Of a stretch of 64,000 nucleotides of DNA, positions 38,236-47,825 are shown piece by piece; positions within the stretch are counted from its first letter, which is position 1; each line of letters opens with the position of its first letter. This stretch comes from a virus: positions 1 to 64,000 of IMG/VR virus record IMGVR_UViG_3300042197_000820; one strand, given 5' to 3'. Both the position numbers and the translations under genes were made by a program. The notes under the pieces were generated by a model that had not been told where the DNA came from, did not search any database, and saw only the letters and a list, made by a program, of their open reading frames with translations.

Positions 38236-38716
38236 CGAATAGACCTCTTCTGGATACCTTACAGGTGGCTGCTACTTCTAGTGATTCGCCTACTTGACCG
38301 AACAACTGCTTAGGTTCTTGCAAAGTTAAGATTTCATAATATAAACCGTCGTACTTTACAAAATCTCCTTCGCGGACAAATATGTTTTGATCTTCTTGGA
38401 TTCTACGCTGATGGAAGTGTACAACAATCTCAGCAGCTTTATCCAGACCAAAGCCTTCTGTCTGGACTGTACCATATGTTGACCATTCCACCAAAGCATA
38501 GATCCTAACAGGTGGCAAGAAGTTCTTTACAATAGCTTCCCCGTATAAAGGATGATAGTTAGTGGTTTTGATATCAATGGCATAATAAAAAATCTCCTGT
38601 CCAATGACTCTTTCCAGAAGTTCGTCATTGACTTGTTTAACGAGATTCTTTTCCTTTTGTCCTAGGAACAAAGGAGGTGGTGCGTATTCTGGTTCAACCC
38701 ATTTATTCTGAGCCAT
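38225..38716 (-). CDS. neck / head completion protein (gp14-like)
   Basis: IGQEI.YY, LYGEA, GDFV....YYEI; synteny. Confidence 0.6.
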   Translation of the reverse strand: MAQNKWVEPEYAPPPLFLGQKEKNLVKQVNDELLERVIGQEIFYYAIDIKTTNYHPLYGEAIVKNFLPPVRIYALVEWSTYGTVQTEGFGLDKAAEIVVHFHQRRIQEDQNIFVREGDFVKYDGLYYEILTLQEPKQLFGQVGESLEVAATCKVSRRGLFDAT

Positions 38717-38719
38717 TTA

Positions 38720-40054
38720 TCACCCTTGGTAAATAAGAAGAGGAATCTTCTCTTGTACTTTCGTAACGCTATCCATGAGTGTTGCATTTGTCTCTGCAAG
38801 TTTCGTATAGGTAAGTTCGTCCAGTGTAGTCTTAAGTTCTTCTTTCAACTTTTCTTGTTCTTCTCTAGCCGAAGAGATAAGCTCAGAACCATTCAACTGA
38901 ACCGAGTCGCCGGGAATAGGAATAGCACCAAACTTAGATCTAATAAGACCAAGTGTTTCTTTTACCAATGCCAAAGCATAACGACGAATCCATTGCTTAC
39001 CGATAGCGTTAATACTAGAGTACGGGATGTTATCAAATGGCAATGTATTCATATTAGAAATGCCTTGTTCTGATCCTTTCTGAGAACCACTAACCGGCAT
39101 CCAAGGATCGGTTCCGTCATCAAAGCTAAACTCAAACCACATGTAGTTAATAATGCCTGTTTCTGGTGTTGGGAAAACCCGAAGCTTATTATTAAATATC
39201 TCATAGGAATAGTGAGACAGTCTAGTATAAATATGGTCTTCGTAAGCCATAGCTTGTAGCTTATTCTGCCATGCCGGAATAATTTCAAACGTTGTATCAT
39301 CTGCAAACTGACCATAGTAGTTTAGATTACCAACCACGTTTAGACCGCCATAGTAGCCATAAAAACGCCATACAGCGGCTGGCGATTTGTAGTAAACACG
39401 ACGAATAGTTATACGGCTGCTAGAAGCACTAGCATAGGAAGCCGAGTAAGTTACTGGATTGCCTGTGGCTGGTTCTCTATTGTTTATAACGTTATTCGCT
39501 ATTATCTGTTGTAGATCATAATCTTGGACACTAGTAGTAAGAGCAAAAGAAGCATTATAATGAGGTGTGGTACCTCCTGCGACACCAGCCTCATTAGCTA
39601 ACCCAATAGCCACCTGTCGAGCATAGCCCACTTCAAAACGTGGATAGCGAAGGTTTATATTAGCGTTAGACAGCGAGGACTCTAAAAGATTTCCATCTTC
39701 ATCGAAGGAACCGGTTGTTTTACCAAGTAGACTTGGGAGTGCATTCTTTGATTGATGGAGATTCATAATATATGAATATTCCAGAGTTGCTTCCTCATAA
39801 GCAGCGTATACGTTACCGGGAGTGATTTCTAGATCCAGTACATCACCACCTAGTTTCTTATACACAAACGATACTTGGTCAGAAGCACCTGAAATGAAGT
39901 TAGCATCATAGCGCGGAGAAACGGGATCTACATAGATTCCAAATGGGTATAGAGCAACATTACCAGCACCATTGCCAGTAGTTATCGTAGAACCGGTCGA
40001 GGTCAGAATAGAAACATTAGTTCTGCTCGGCGGCGAATATGAGGGATATGCCAT
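38720..40054 (-). CDS. neck protein (gp13-like)
   Basis: KLGG.VLD.E, WIRRYALALVKE.LG.IRSKF..IP.PG....LNG. Confidence 0.8.
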   Translation of the reverse strand: MAYPSYSPPSRTNVSILTSTGSTITTGNGAGNVALYPFGIYVDPVSPRYDANFISGASDQVSFVYKKLGGDVLDLEITPGNVYAAYEEATLEYSYIMNLHQSKNALPSLLGKTTGSFDEDGNLLESSLSNANINLRYPRFEVGYARQVAIGLANEAGVAGGTTPHYNASFALTTSVQDYDLQQIIANNVINNREPATGNPVTYSASYASASSSRITIRRVYYKSPAAVWRFYGYYGGLNVVGNLNYYGQFADDTTFEIIPAWQNKLQAMAYEDHIYTRLSHYSYEIFNNKLRVFPTPETGIINYMWFEFSFDDGTDPWMPVSGSQKGSEQGISNMNTLPFDNIPYSSINAIGKQWIRRYALALVKETLGLIRSKFGAIPIPGDSVQLNGSELISSAREEQEKLKEELKTTLDELTYTKLAETNATLMDSVTKVQEKIPLLIYQG

Positions 40055-40093
40055 TTGTGAACCTCCGCTTCAGTAAGTAGTTTAAGAACAAAT

Positions 40094-40122
40094 AAAAAAG
40101 CCGATCCATAAGGACCGGCTTT
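40094..40122 (-). terminator. putative intrinsic terminator
   Basis: AAAGCCGGTCC-TTAT-GGATCGGCTTTTTT. Confidence 0.7.
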
Positions 40123-40140
40123 AGGAAGAGCAAGTTTAAG

Positions 40141-40554
40141 TTATGCTGGAAAGTTGTTAAACGAAGCTGAACTCGCCATAAGTAGAAGATTCGATTGAGT
40201 TGAACCATCTGCTATCGGTGCAGAATCAAATTTATATGCAACAACCGAAGTATTAGCTACCATGACTGTGGTGCTTGCTGTGGCAAAATTTGTAACCATA
40301 AACTTTCCAGCAGTAGCATTGATTCTTAAGAGTTGTTCAGTAGCATTGACTATATCTATTCTTTGTCCGTTTTTCATTCCGGTGATATCTAGAGAACCAG
40401 TTCCAGTTCCGTTTCCGGCATAAATAACAACACCACAATCTGGATTTATTGTAAATGCTCCTCCATTTGTTACAACTGTTGCGGTTGGGCTGTATAGAGT
40501 GATTGCCATATCCTGTGGAAGCGTGCTTCTGTTATATTGATTTCTTTTTGCCAC
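40141..40554 (-). CDS. hypothetical beta-rich virion protein (possible capsid decoration)
   Basis: GGAGG SD, GTG start, own ACTACTTA motif, immediately downstream of the major capsid gene. Confidence 0.55.
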   Translation of the reverse strand: MAKRNQYNRSTLPQDMAITLYSPTATVVTNGGAFTINPDCGVVIYAGNGTGTGSLDITGMKNGQRIDIVNATEQLLRINATAGKFMVTNFATASTTVMVANTSVVAYKFDSAPIADGSTQSNLLLMASSASFNNFPA

Positions 40555-40593
40555 TGCTTGTCCTCCTATGTAGACATATATAAGTAGTATACT

Positions 40594-40631
40594 AAAAAAG
40601 GAAAAGGCCCCGATTCTTTCGAACCGAGGCC
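40594..40631 (-). terminator. intrinsic terminator after major capsid gene
   Basis: GGCCTCGGTTC-GAAA-GAATCGGGGCC followed by TTTTCCTTTTTT. Confidence 0.85.
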
Positions 40632-40659
40632 AGAGATTAGCTATAAGCTAAGAACTCTA

Positions 40660-42402
40660 TCAGAGACCACCTTCTCCGAGAAGGCCACGGACGACAACAA
40701 GGCCGTACATGTCTGGGCGAACCATCTTCTTGGCGTAGCGGGTCATGACACCCTTGCGAGGCACAAAGTCCTCAGTACCAAAGATGGTAGGAGTGACTTG
40801 TAGTGGGACGTAAGGAGCATAGACGAAGCCGCTCTCTAGGAAGCTACCACCACGGCGACCGACCAATAGGAGGTTGCGTGGGAAGTATGGATCAACGTGA
40901 ACGTCGAACTTCTTGGAGAGTGAACCGACCTTGACTGCGCCGATTGAACCACGCTCATCGTCAGCGGTGACGGAGGCACGGAAGCCAGCGGTGAACTCCA
41001 GGATGTTGGCAACTTCTGGCGATGTTACGACGAAGTTAGCGCCACCACGAAGGGTCTTGCGATGGATTTGAGCCGAAACGTCATTGATTGTTTCGATGAG
41101 GGTTTCGTACCACATTGATACGTTACCAGTGAACTCTGGAGCAGCAGCCTGTGCGCCAACTTCGACACCAGTTGTACGGTTGACAAAGAGACCTGGGGAA
41201 CGTGACCAGTAGAATGTACCGGCTGTAGCGCCCTTGATCAAGTCCTCAAGGATTTCGCGGTCGATTTCGAGAGCGATTTGTTCAGAGAGGATTGAGGTCA
41301 ACTCGACTTCGGCATCAAGGTTGTGGTAAGCGTTGAGATCTTGTCCCAACTCTGGGGTCCACTTGGCCTTGAGCTTCTTGGTGACGGCGGTAACAGCAAT
41401 CGAATCAACTTTGATGTCAATTTCTGGGATGTCTGTTGCACCTTCAAGGCCCCAACCGGGAGAAGCAGTTGTACCAACAACTGAACCGAGTGTTAAGCTT
41501 GAGGTAAAGTTATCTTTAACAGCCATCTTTAGGGTTCCAACACCGTCTAGAACTGCTGCTAGTTGAGCAGCGGTTTCTGTACCGGTAGCTGCGACAGTCA
41601 AAATGATCTTTGTAGAATCATTTGGATCGATACGAGTTAGGCGGCGAACAAGTGAACCACTTGACAATGAACTGGTTACCGAAAGAGTAACAAGATTCTT
41701 TAGACCACCAACTGCTTCTACTGCGCTAACTGGAATGGTTGCAACAGCGAACTTAGAACCAGACACCAAATCTGCGTCGAAACGTAGCAACGATGCAGCA
41801 CCATATCCGCTTGTATAACCAGCGTCAACGACTGCATAGCCGCTATCTCCAACAGCACCAGAAGCTACAAGTGTAGTAACTGCTGTAACTGAAGCAGTTG
41901 CAGAGGCATAGCCATTGTTAAGGGCATATGGACCTTCTTCGGCTGAACCAGCTTGTGTTAGGTTGACACCACCAGTGATTTGGCTGGCAACAACGTTACC
42001 ACCGTATAGTGACTCACCAGAAGTGTATCCAAGACGGGAACCTGTTTCATTCGAAACGGTAAAGTCGAGGAAGAAAATGAGACCTGATGGAAGGCTCATT
42101 GGTTGTACTGAAACGAGATCATTGGCCAATAGGCCAGCGAAAACGCGGCGAACTAGTGGGAACGCAACAGCGGCAAAGCCCTGTACGTCACCAGCAGCCA
42201 TTGATGTAGACTCCTTGAGGAGTTGCTTAGCTTGATTTTCTAGAAGACGAGCCATACCAGCACGGGTATGTTCGCCGCTGAGTCCTTCAAGAAGACCTGT
42301 CTTCTCCCATTTTGAGAGCAGAGCAGCACCTTCTTTCTGGAGGTCGCGGTTAACGACGCCTTCAGTCAATCTTTCAATAAGATTACGAGACATATTTATC
42401 AC
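40660..42402 (-). CDS. major capsid protein (T4 gp23-like)
   Basis: KWEKTGLLEG, LLENQ, PLVRR, VQPM..PSGLIF, KLKAKWTPELGQDL.A.H.LDAE.EL, EIDREI, YAPYVPL, GVMTRY. Confidence 0.96.
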   Translation of the reverse strand: MINMSRNLIERLTEGVVNRDLQKEGAALLSKWEKTGLLEGLSGEHTRAGMARLLENQAKQLLKESTSMAAGDVQGFAAVAFPLVRRVFAGLLANDLVSVQPMSLPSGLIFFLDFTVSNETGSRLGYTSGESLYGGNVVASQITGGVNLTQAGSAEEGPYALNNGYASATASVTAVTTLVASGAVGDSGYAVVDAGYTSGYGAASLLRFDADLVSGSKFAVATIPVSAVEAVGGLKNLVTLSVTSSLSSGSLVRRLTRIDPNDSTKIILTVAATGTETAAQLAAVLDGVGTLKMAVKDNFTSSLTLGSVVGTTASPGWGLEGATDIPEIDIKVDSIAVTAVTKKLKAKWTPELGQDLNAYHNLDAEVELTSILSEQIALEIDREILEDLIKGATAGTFYWSRSPGLFVNRTTGVEVGAQAAAPEFTGNVSMWYETLIETINDVSAQIHRKTLRGGANFVVTSPEVANILEFTAGFRASVTADDERGSIGAVKVGSLSKKFDVHVDPYFPRNLLLVGRRGGSFLESGFVYAPYVPLQVTPTIFGTEDFVPRKGVMTRYAKKMVRPDMYGLVVVRGLLGEGGL

Positions 42403-42425
42403 CCCCTTTATTTTTAGGATTTGCT

Positions 42426-43592
42426 TTACTTAATGCCAGCTAGCTTTTTCCAATAATCGAGTTGACTATGATCAACACTTTCATTTAGGTTACGCTTGCT
42501 GGGAATGGTGTGAGAAGGTCTATTGATAGCTTCGTGAAGGGACTCAAGTTTCCTGCCGGTAGACGTTGCTCCAGCAGCCGCTGCACTTTGAAGGGTTTCA
42601 AAGATAACCTTCGCTTCTGTAATGTTTTGAGCCTTGCGAATAGATTCGACAACCTTTTGTTTTTGTCGCTCATTCAACGAGCTATTCATAAGAACTTCAT
42701 TTTGGTACAGAAGTTTTGCATTGCTAAGGTTGACTTCTTCAAGTTTGGCCTTCAATGCGGAAACTGTTTCATTAAGAACGGTATTCTGTGATTTTAACGA
42801 TTCGTTAACTCCAGCCAGTTTCTTCATACCGTCTTGCAAGTCTTTTAGTTCTTGCTGACGCTTGGTATCGGCCAAACGAGCAAGATTGACTTTCTCTTGT
42901 TCTTGACGATAAACTTCAGGACGACCGGCCCAACCGCCGCCGCGCCCATCCATTATATCGACAACTAGTTCTTCTACGAGTGTGTGAAGGTCTTCCTCGA
43001 CAGCTTCATCCTCGTCTACTACTTCCTCTTCTATTTCATAAGATTCTTCTAGATCTTCTTCGTCCAAAGATTCTGGATGCTCCATTTCGTTCATAAAACG
43101 ACGAACTTCTTCCATAAGGCCAGTCATTTCTGGTGATACAGCGGGAGCTTGTGCCTTCTCTACAGAGCCAAGATCAAACTCGATTTCTTCTGGTTCCTCA
43201 TTTTCACCAGTGTCTATCTCATCATCAGCTAAAACATCAAATGGATCCTTTAGATCTTGTGGAGCAATGTCCTGATCTTCGTAAGCCGACAACATTGTGC
43301 GAAGATCGTCCATCGATACAGTGATAACGTCTTCATCACCACCGGCTTGTGGCTCATTTGCTGTATCAAGTGTGGCAGCATCTGGAATGTCTTCTGGAAT
43401 AGCCTCTGGTGCAGGAGCAGCAGCACCAGCAGCCATAGGGTCTGCGGCTGGTTCTTGCTCGTTGAGGAAAGAATCAATAGCTTCTTTCAGTTCGCTAGCG
43501 TGCTTCTCAATAACTTGATTTTCTGCAAATCTAAGCGCGGCCTCGCGAAGCTCTTTTGCGTCGATAATGGCTTGTTCCAAAAGTGATGACAT
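42426..43592 (-). CDS. prohead scaffolding / core protein (gp22-like)
   Basis: Very acidic coiled-coil protein directly upstream of MCP; EVNLSNAKLLY, C-terminal WKKLAGIK. Confidence 0.8.
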   Translation of the reverse strand: MSSLLEQAIIDAKELREAALRFAENQVIEKHASELKEAIDSFLNEQEPAADPMAAGAAAPAPEAIPEDIPDAATLDTANEPQAGGDEDVITVSMDDLRTMLSAYEDQDIAPQDLKDPFDVLADDEIDTGENEEPEEIEFDLGSVEKAQAPAVSPEMTGLMEEVRRFMNEMEHPESLDEEDLEESYEIEEEVVDEDEAVEEDLHTLVEELVVDIMDGRGGGWAGRPEVYRQEQEKVNLARLADTKRQQELKDLQDGMKKLAGVNESLKSQNTVLNETVSALKAKLEEVNLSNAKLLYQNEVLMNSSLNERQKQKVVESIRKAQNITEAKVIFETLQSAAAAGATSTGRKLESLHEAINRPSHTIPSKRNLNESVDHSQLDYWKKLAGIK

Positions 43593-43656
43593 TTAGATAC
43601 TCCGTTACTAAATAATGAAACTCAAAATAAATAGTATTTAGTTATACCAAAAACCA

Positions 43657-43881
43657 TCACTTCCGATTCTGACGTAGTTTCTTCAGAACCTTTTCTCTAC
43701 GACGCTCTTTCCTCTTACGCTTATCGGAAGGCTTTTCGTACTCTAGAGAGCGGCGATACTCTTCGATGATTCCGCTTCTCTTAACTTTCTTCATAAACTT
43801 CTTGATTGCTGTTGTGATTGATTGACCTTCGCGCACCTCAACAGTAACATGTGCGGGTCGTGAACTATTATAACGCTTCAT
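43657..43881 (-). CDS. rpsU: phage-encoded ribosomal protein bS21
   Basis: VEVREGQSITTAIKKFMKKVKRSGIIEEYRR...YEKPSDKRKRK. Confidence 0.9.
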   Translation of the reverse strand: MKRYNSSRPAHVTVEVREGQSITTAIKKFMKKVKRSGIIEEYRRSLEYEKPSDKRKRKERRREKVLKKLRQNRK

Positions 43882-43896
43882 AAATCCTTCTTATTA

Positions 43897-44307
43897 TTAT
43901 ACGTTTGCCGAACCAGACCAGTTTGATCCTGACGGCGAGTTAGCAGGGTTGTCGATTCTACCGGTTGGAATGTTAGTAAGACCAGCTATAACATCGACAC
44001 CGTTGGCTCCCGAAAGCCATAACTCTGTAGCTTTTATTTCTAGTCTAATACTATTATTAACTGGATAACCCGTGGCTTGTCTAGCAACTCTAAAGTATCT
44101 AGTACCTTGGACACCATTTTCAGAAAATCCAACTTTTACTTCTGCGGTAGTACTAAAGTTTATAACCTCTATCCACCTAGTCACATAGGGAAAGGTAATC
44201 TTTGTCGCTGTTGTGGCATTAATGGCTCCGGTAACAAATGGAATACCAGATACTTGAAAAGAGCCTACATTGTTTAAACCAGCACTATAGATAAAAGATT
44301 CTGACAT
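43897..44307 (-). CDS. hypothetical virion protein
   Basis: GLNNVGSFQVSGIPF, FPYVTRWI, beta-rich; in head module. Confidence 0.65.
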   Translation of the reverse strand: MSESFIYSAGLNNVGSFQVSGIPFVTGAINATTATKITFPYVTRWIEVINFSTTAEVKVGFSENGVQGTRYFRVARQATGYPVNNSIRLEIKATELWLSGANGVDVIAGLTNIPTGRIDNPANSPSGSNWSGSANV

Positions 44308-44322
44308 TTATTTATTCCTTAC

Positions 44323-44760
44323 TTATTTAAGTAGTTGCTTCCAAGCGTTACCGCCCATCGCAACAATACTAGAAATGTCTATACCGGGATCATTCGGAGC
44401 CATGTCGGCTAATGGAGATCCTAATGCGCCCTTTGTAGGCTCAGGTGGCAAGTCATTATGACTAACACCCTCAAAGATATCCACACCTCTGAAAGAATCC
44501 TTTCCAATAGCATCCAATAACTCTTTCTTTTGTCTCTTGAGTTCTTGGAGCTTTTGCTCTTCTGACGGGCCTTTAGGAGCCACAGGTGCAGCAGAAACCG
44601 ATTTCCTTGATTCTGTTACCAGATTACCACTTATACCTTTAGCCACTTCAGATACAACAGTAGAAAGAAGCCCTTCTTTTAGAAGGACTTCCTGTACTGA
44701 TTCTTTAACTAACTCTTTTACTAAAGGTCGTAATAACTTCTTTAGTTCTGCCGGATTCAC
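44323..44760 (-). CDS. hypothetical head-module protein
   Basis: ELKKLLRPLVKELVKESVQEVLLKEG N-terminus; PNDPGIDIS motif. Confidence 0.65.
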   Translation of the reverse strand: MNPAELKKLLRPLVKELVKESVQEVLLKEGLLSTVVSEVAKGISGNLVTESRKSVSAAPVAPKGPSEEQKLQELKRQKKELLDAIGKDSFRGVDIFEGVSHNDLPPEPTKGALGSPLADMAPNDPGIDISSIVAMGGNAWKQLLK

Positions 44761-44761
44761 A

Positions 44762-47050
44762 TCAACCTCTCAAAACTGTCTTGATACCGGCCAAAACAGA
44801 CCAGCGATTTAGTTCAACGGTTTCGCGCATCACAACACCGGCATCATCTAGGTAATCACTCAAGTAATCACTGATGGTCTCCATAGCATCGCGGATAATC
44901 TCAGGATCGATTGGCTGTTCACCATGAGCAGTATGACCTGTTTCTAGAATGTCGCGAAGGTCAGAAATAAAGAACTTATCTGTTGCTAGTTCTTTAGCCT
45001 TTGGTTGGTTCCTGAACTCTTTCTCGAAATCAACCTTGCCTTGCTTCATCTTTAGATAAAGTTCTTTACGTTGGTCAGTCGTCATCTTGAAGAAATCAAA
45101 CTTAGAACGTTCTCTCTGTGGATCTTCGGGAAGCCTCATTAGTAAGGCTTTCTCTTCTGGCGACAGAGCAGCAATGAACTCATCTGGCTTATCGAATAGT
45201 TGCTTGCGGCTGAACCTTAGAGTCTTACCGTCTTTGACTACTGTTGTATCTGAGCCAAACTCGATTACCATACGAGCAATCTTACCTCTGTTGTCACCGG
45301 GACCGGCAACATCTCGGTCCATTGCTGGACCGACTCTACCGGCTGCATCCATTGCAGCGCGAGCAGCGCGTTCGCCACCACCAGTTCTTGTTGTATCTGA
45401 TCTTTCTGCTGGGATAGCATCGGCAACGTTGCGTGGCTTTTCTTTCTTCTTCTTTTTCTTCTTTTTCTCAAGAAGATTTGCAATGTCGAATCCTTCTTTG
45501 ACTACGAAGCCTTTGTTCTCAAGTTCCTGCTTGATACGATTCGTAACGTCTTTGACAGCCCAACTTGGTAATCCCACATCACCACCCATCAGCTTATCGA
45601 CTAGATTCATGTCTTTTTTGCCTCTACCGATAAACTTATGTGGTCCCTTTCTGAAGATGTGGATTACTTCTCCATCACCACCAGACTTTTTGCCTCCACC
45701 GTCACCACCATCACCGCCGTCAGTAGGACCGGATCCGTCACCGTCTGTATCTGGAAGCTTTTTCTTGACTTTTGATGGATCTACGTCTTCCATTCTTTGC
45801 AGTAAACCGTCAAGTGTTGCTAGACGAGAATACTTCTGTCCATGCTTTCTTAGGAAGTATACTGCTGCACCTGAAGTTACCAAAGCAACTCCAACTGCTG
45901 GTAGAAGTACCGAAGCTGCTCCTAGTGCTTTAGCACCAATCATGGCTCCAATACCTGTTAGAGCAGTTCTCTTGAAGCGATGGCCGATGGTTTTAACAAC
46001 GGTTGTGGTGATGGTATCTGTAATATTAACCATCTTTTTGGGATCTACATCCCAAGGGATTTCTTTTCTTCCTTTGGCACCAAAAATCTTGGCCAACGAT
46101 TGTGAAGGGTCTTGTTGGAAGTTCTTCCAGTTATCTAACCACACAGATTGGTCCATTGCATCTCCTCTTCCAAGAGTGGCCAAGTCTTCATCGGTTAGTC
46201 CAAACTCCTTCATATCACTTAGAAGTTCTGATAGTGGAGTATTTGGCTTATAATGTTTTGCATCTCCGAAGAAGAACCTACCAAGTGCTTGTGTTGGACC
46301 TTCGCCGGGTTGAACCTGCAAAGTACGATTCAGACTTTGCTTGAACTCTTCTATAACAGATTGACGCATATCAATAATGTTGGTCTTCATGACTAGATTA
46401 TAGAACCAATCTGTATGCATCAACACACCGGCTACAATACCAGCTAGACCAGAAAGACCGAGCAGTTTTGGAGCCAAGGTAGAGCGAAGCTCTTCCATTG
46501 ACATGGTTTTCTTATCACCAGCTAGTGGACCAGTCTCTTCTGCTGGAACATCACCTTCTGCCTCGGACAATCTCTTGTATACACTCTCTAGTTCATAATC
46601 CATGTAATATTGCATCATCTTACGAAGATCTTTAATCATTTCGTTTGCAATAGCAGGATCTGTCTCGCCAGCTTCTGCGCTAGCAACTATACTATCATAA
46701 ATCTTGCCGATTTCCATTGTTTGTGCAAGGAACTCATCAGCACTCTTTTGATTAGGATATCCAGAAGCCTTCAAAGTTTTGCTAAGTTCAGAGAAAGCCT
46801 TATTAGAGGCTGCATCTGCTCTATCGATAATGGCTTGGATTTGCTTTTCCGCTGCATCACGCTTAGAACTTGGAAGCATCTTCCTGAGTGATGTTAGCTT
46901 AGCAAGACCATGCTTGATCGAATCCCAAACTCCTTCATCTACACGACCAGTATAAATCTTTTGTTTTACTGCCTTTTCTAGTAAGAAGTTTAGTTCTTTC
47001 TTGTATCTCGTCTCAAGTATAAGACGCTTTGATTCGGAAATCCTATTCAT
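44762..47050 (-). CDS. large hypothetical protein, probable internal head / ejection protein
   Basis: 762 aa with hydrophobic segments, Gly/Asp linker, poly-Lys run, C-terminal RWSVLAGIK. Confidence 0.7.
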   Translation of the reverse strand: MNRISESKRLILETRYKKELNFLLEKAVKQKIYTGRVDEGVWDSIKHGLAKLTSLRKMLPSSKRDAAEKQIQAIIDRADAASNKAFSELSKTLKASGYPNQKSADEFLAQTMEIGKIYDSIVASAEAGETDPAIANEMIKDLRKMMQYYMDYELESVYKRLSEAEGDVPAEETGPLAGDKKTMSMEELRSTLAPKLLGLSGLAGIVAGVLMHTDWFYNLVMKTNIIDMRQSVIEEFKQSLNRTLQVQPGEGPTQALGRFFFGDAKHYKPNTPLSELLSDMKEFGLTDEDLATLGRGDAMDQSVWLDNWKNFQQDPSQSLAKIFGAKGRKEIPWDVDPKKMVNITDTITTTVVKTIGHRFKRTALTGIGAMIGAKALGAASVLLPAVGVALVTSGAAVYFLRKHGQKYSRLATLDGLLQRMEDVDPSKVKKKLPDTDGDGSGPTDGGDGGDGGGKKSGGDGEVIHIFRKGPHKFIGRGKKDMNLVDKLMGGDVGLPSWAVKDVTNRIKQELENKGFVVKEGFDIANLLEKKKKKKKKEKPRNVADAIPAERSDTTRTGGGERAARAAMDAAGRVGPAMDRDVAGPGDNRGKIARMVIEFGSDTTVVKDGKTLRFSRKQLFDKPDEFIAALSPEEKALLMRLPEDPQRERSKFDFFKMTTDQRKELYLKMKQGKVDFEKEFRNQPKAKELATDKFFISDLRDILETGHTAHGEQPIDPEIIRDAMETISDYLSDYLDDAGVVMRETVELNRWSVLAGIKTVLRG

Positions 47051-47655
47051 TTTTTGCTCCCCAATAAATCATCCAACATGGAATCAATAGTAATTAGTTT
47101 ATTTGTGTTTCTTCTGCCTTCATACATCACATTATCCATGAAGGCTTTTGGTGTAGAAGGTTCAGATACAATGTCAAAACAAATAAGCTGAAAGTCGTCT
47201 TCTACGATTGTCTGGCCACCGCGATTAGACACGGAACCTAGACCGCGTGAAGAAATACCAATCTTGACACCATCGTTGACCAAGGCTCTGAGGGTCTGAC
47301 CGGATGGAGTAGAGAGAACCTTTACTTTACCCATAAGTGTTTTACCATCCCACCACATGTCTGTAACCATGTGCGAAGAGTTGCGAAGATTGACAACCGA
47401 ATCATCTGGGTGGTCCAGTTCTCCGACAGCACGGCGATCACGAACAACATCCATGTAGCTATCCACTTCTCTTTTTAGAATAGGGAATGGGTAGACACGA
47501 CCATTTCCGTTTAGTCTTTCTGCTTCGTGGCATTTGCCGACAAGATAAAGAGCTTTACCATCTGCCATTTGTCTTTTCTCGGATTCGGTGAGAACGTCGA
47601 GACACATCCCATCGGGACAAAGTTCATAGAACTCTTTTAGTATTTGTTTTGCCAT
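47047..47655 (-). CDS. prohead core protease (T4 gp21-like)
   Basis: NGNGRVYP, GELDHP, SHMV, TPSG, GISSRGLGS, DIVSEPS. Confidence 0.95.
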   Translation of the reverse strand: MAKQILKEFYELCPDGMCLDVLTESEKRQMADGKALYLVGKCHEAERLNGNGRVYPFPILKREVDSYMDVVRDRRAVGELDHPDDSVVNLRNSSHMVTDMWWDGKTLMGKVKVLSTPSGQTLRALVNDGVKIGISSRGLGSVSNRGGQTIVEDDFQLICFDIVSEPSTPKAFMDNVMYEGRRNTNKLITIDSMLDDLLGSKK

Positions 47656-47699
47656 TTTATACCTTTATGGTTATCAAGATAAATAGTTGTCTACTTCCC

Positions 47700-47735
47700 A
47701 AAAAAGAAAGCCACCCTGTTTGGCAGAGTGGCTTT
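47700..47735 (-). terminator. intrinsic terminator
   Basis: AAAGCCACTCTG...CAGGGTGGCTTT followed by CTTTTTT. Confidence 0.8.
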
Positions 47736-47762
47736 ATCGAACGCGGGCGCGACCCGCGTGAG

Positions 47763-47822
47763 TTAGCTACCGTTACAGCAGCGGCGAACTGGCTGAAGCA
47801 TCCACTTAGCAGTCATGCACAT
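47763..47822 (-). CDS. 19-aa Cys-rich peptide MCMTAKWMLQPVRRCCNGS
   Basis: Perfect AAGGAGGTGA SD a few nt before the ATG; followed by a GC hairpin and terminator. Confidence 0.55.
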   Translation of the reverse strand: MCMTAKWMLQPVRRCCNGS

Positions 47823-47825
47823 AAC

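Noticed and set aside
45087-46253. 388-aa plus-strand ORF
   Set aside because: Antisense shadow of the 762-aa gene; Ser/Phe/Pro-rich mirror composition, no RBS or motif.
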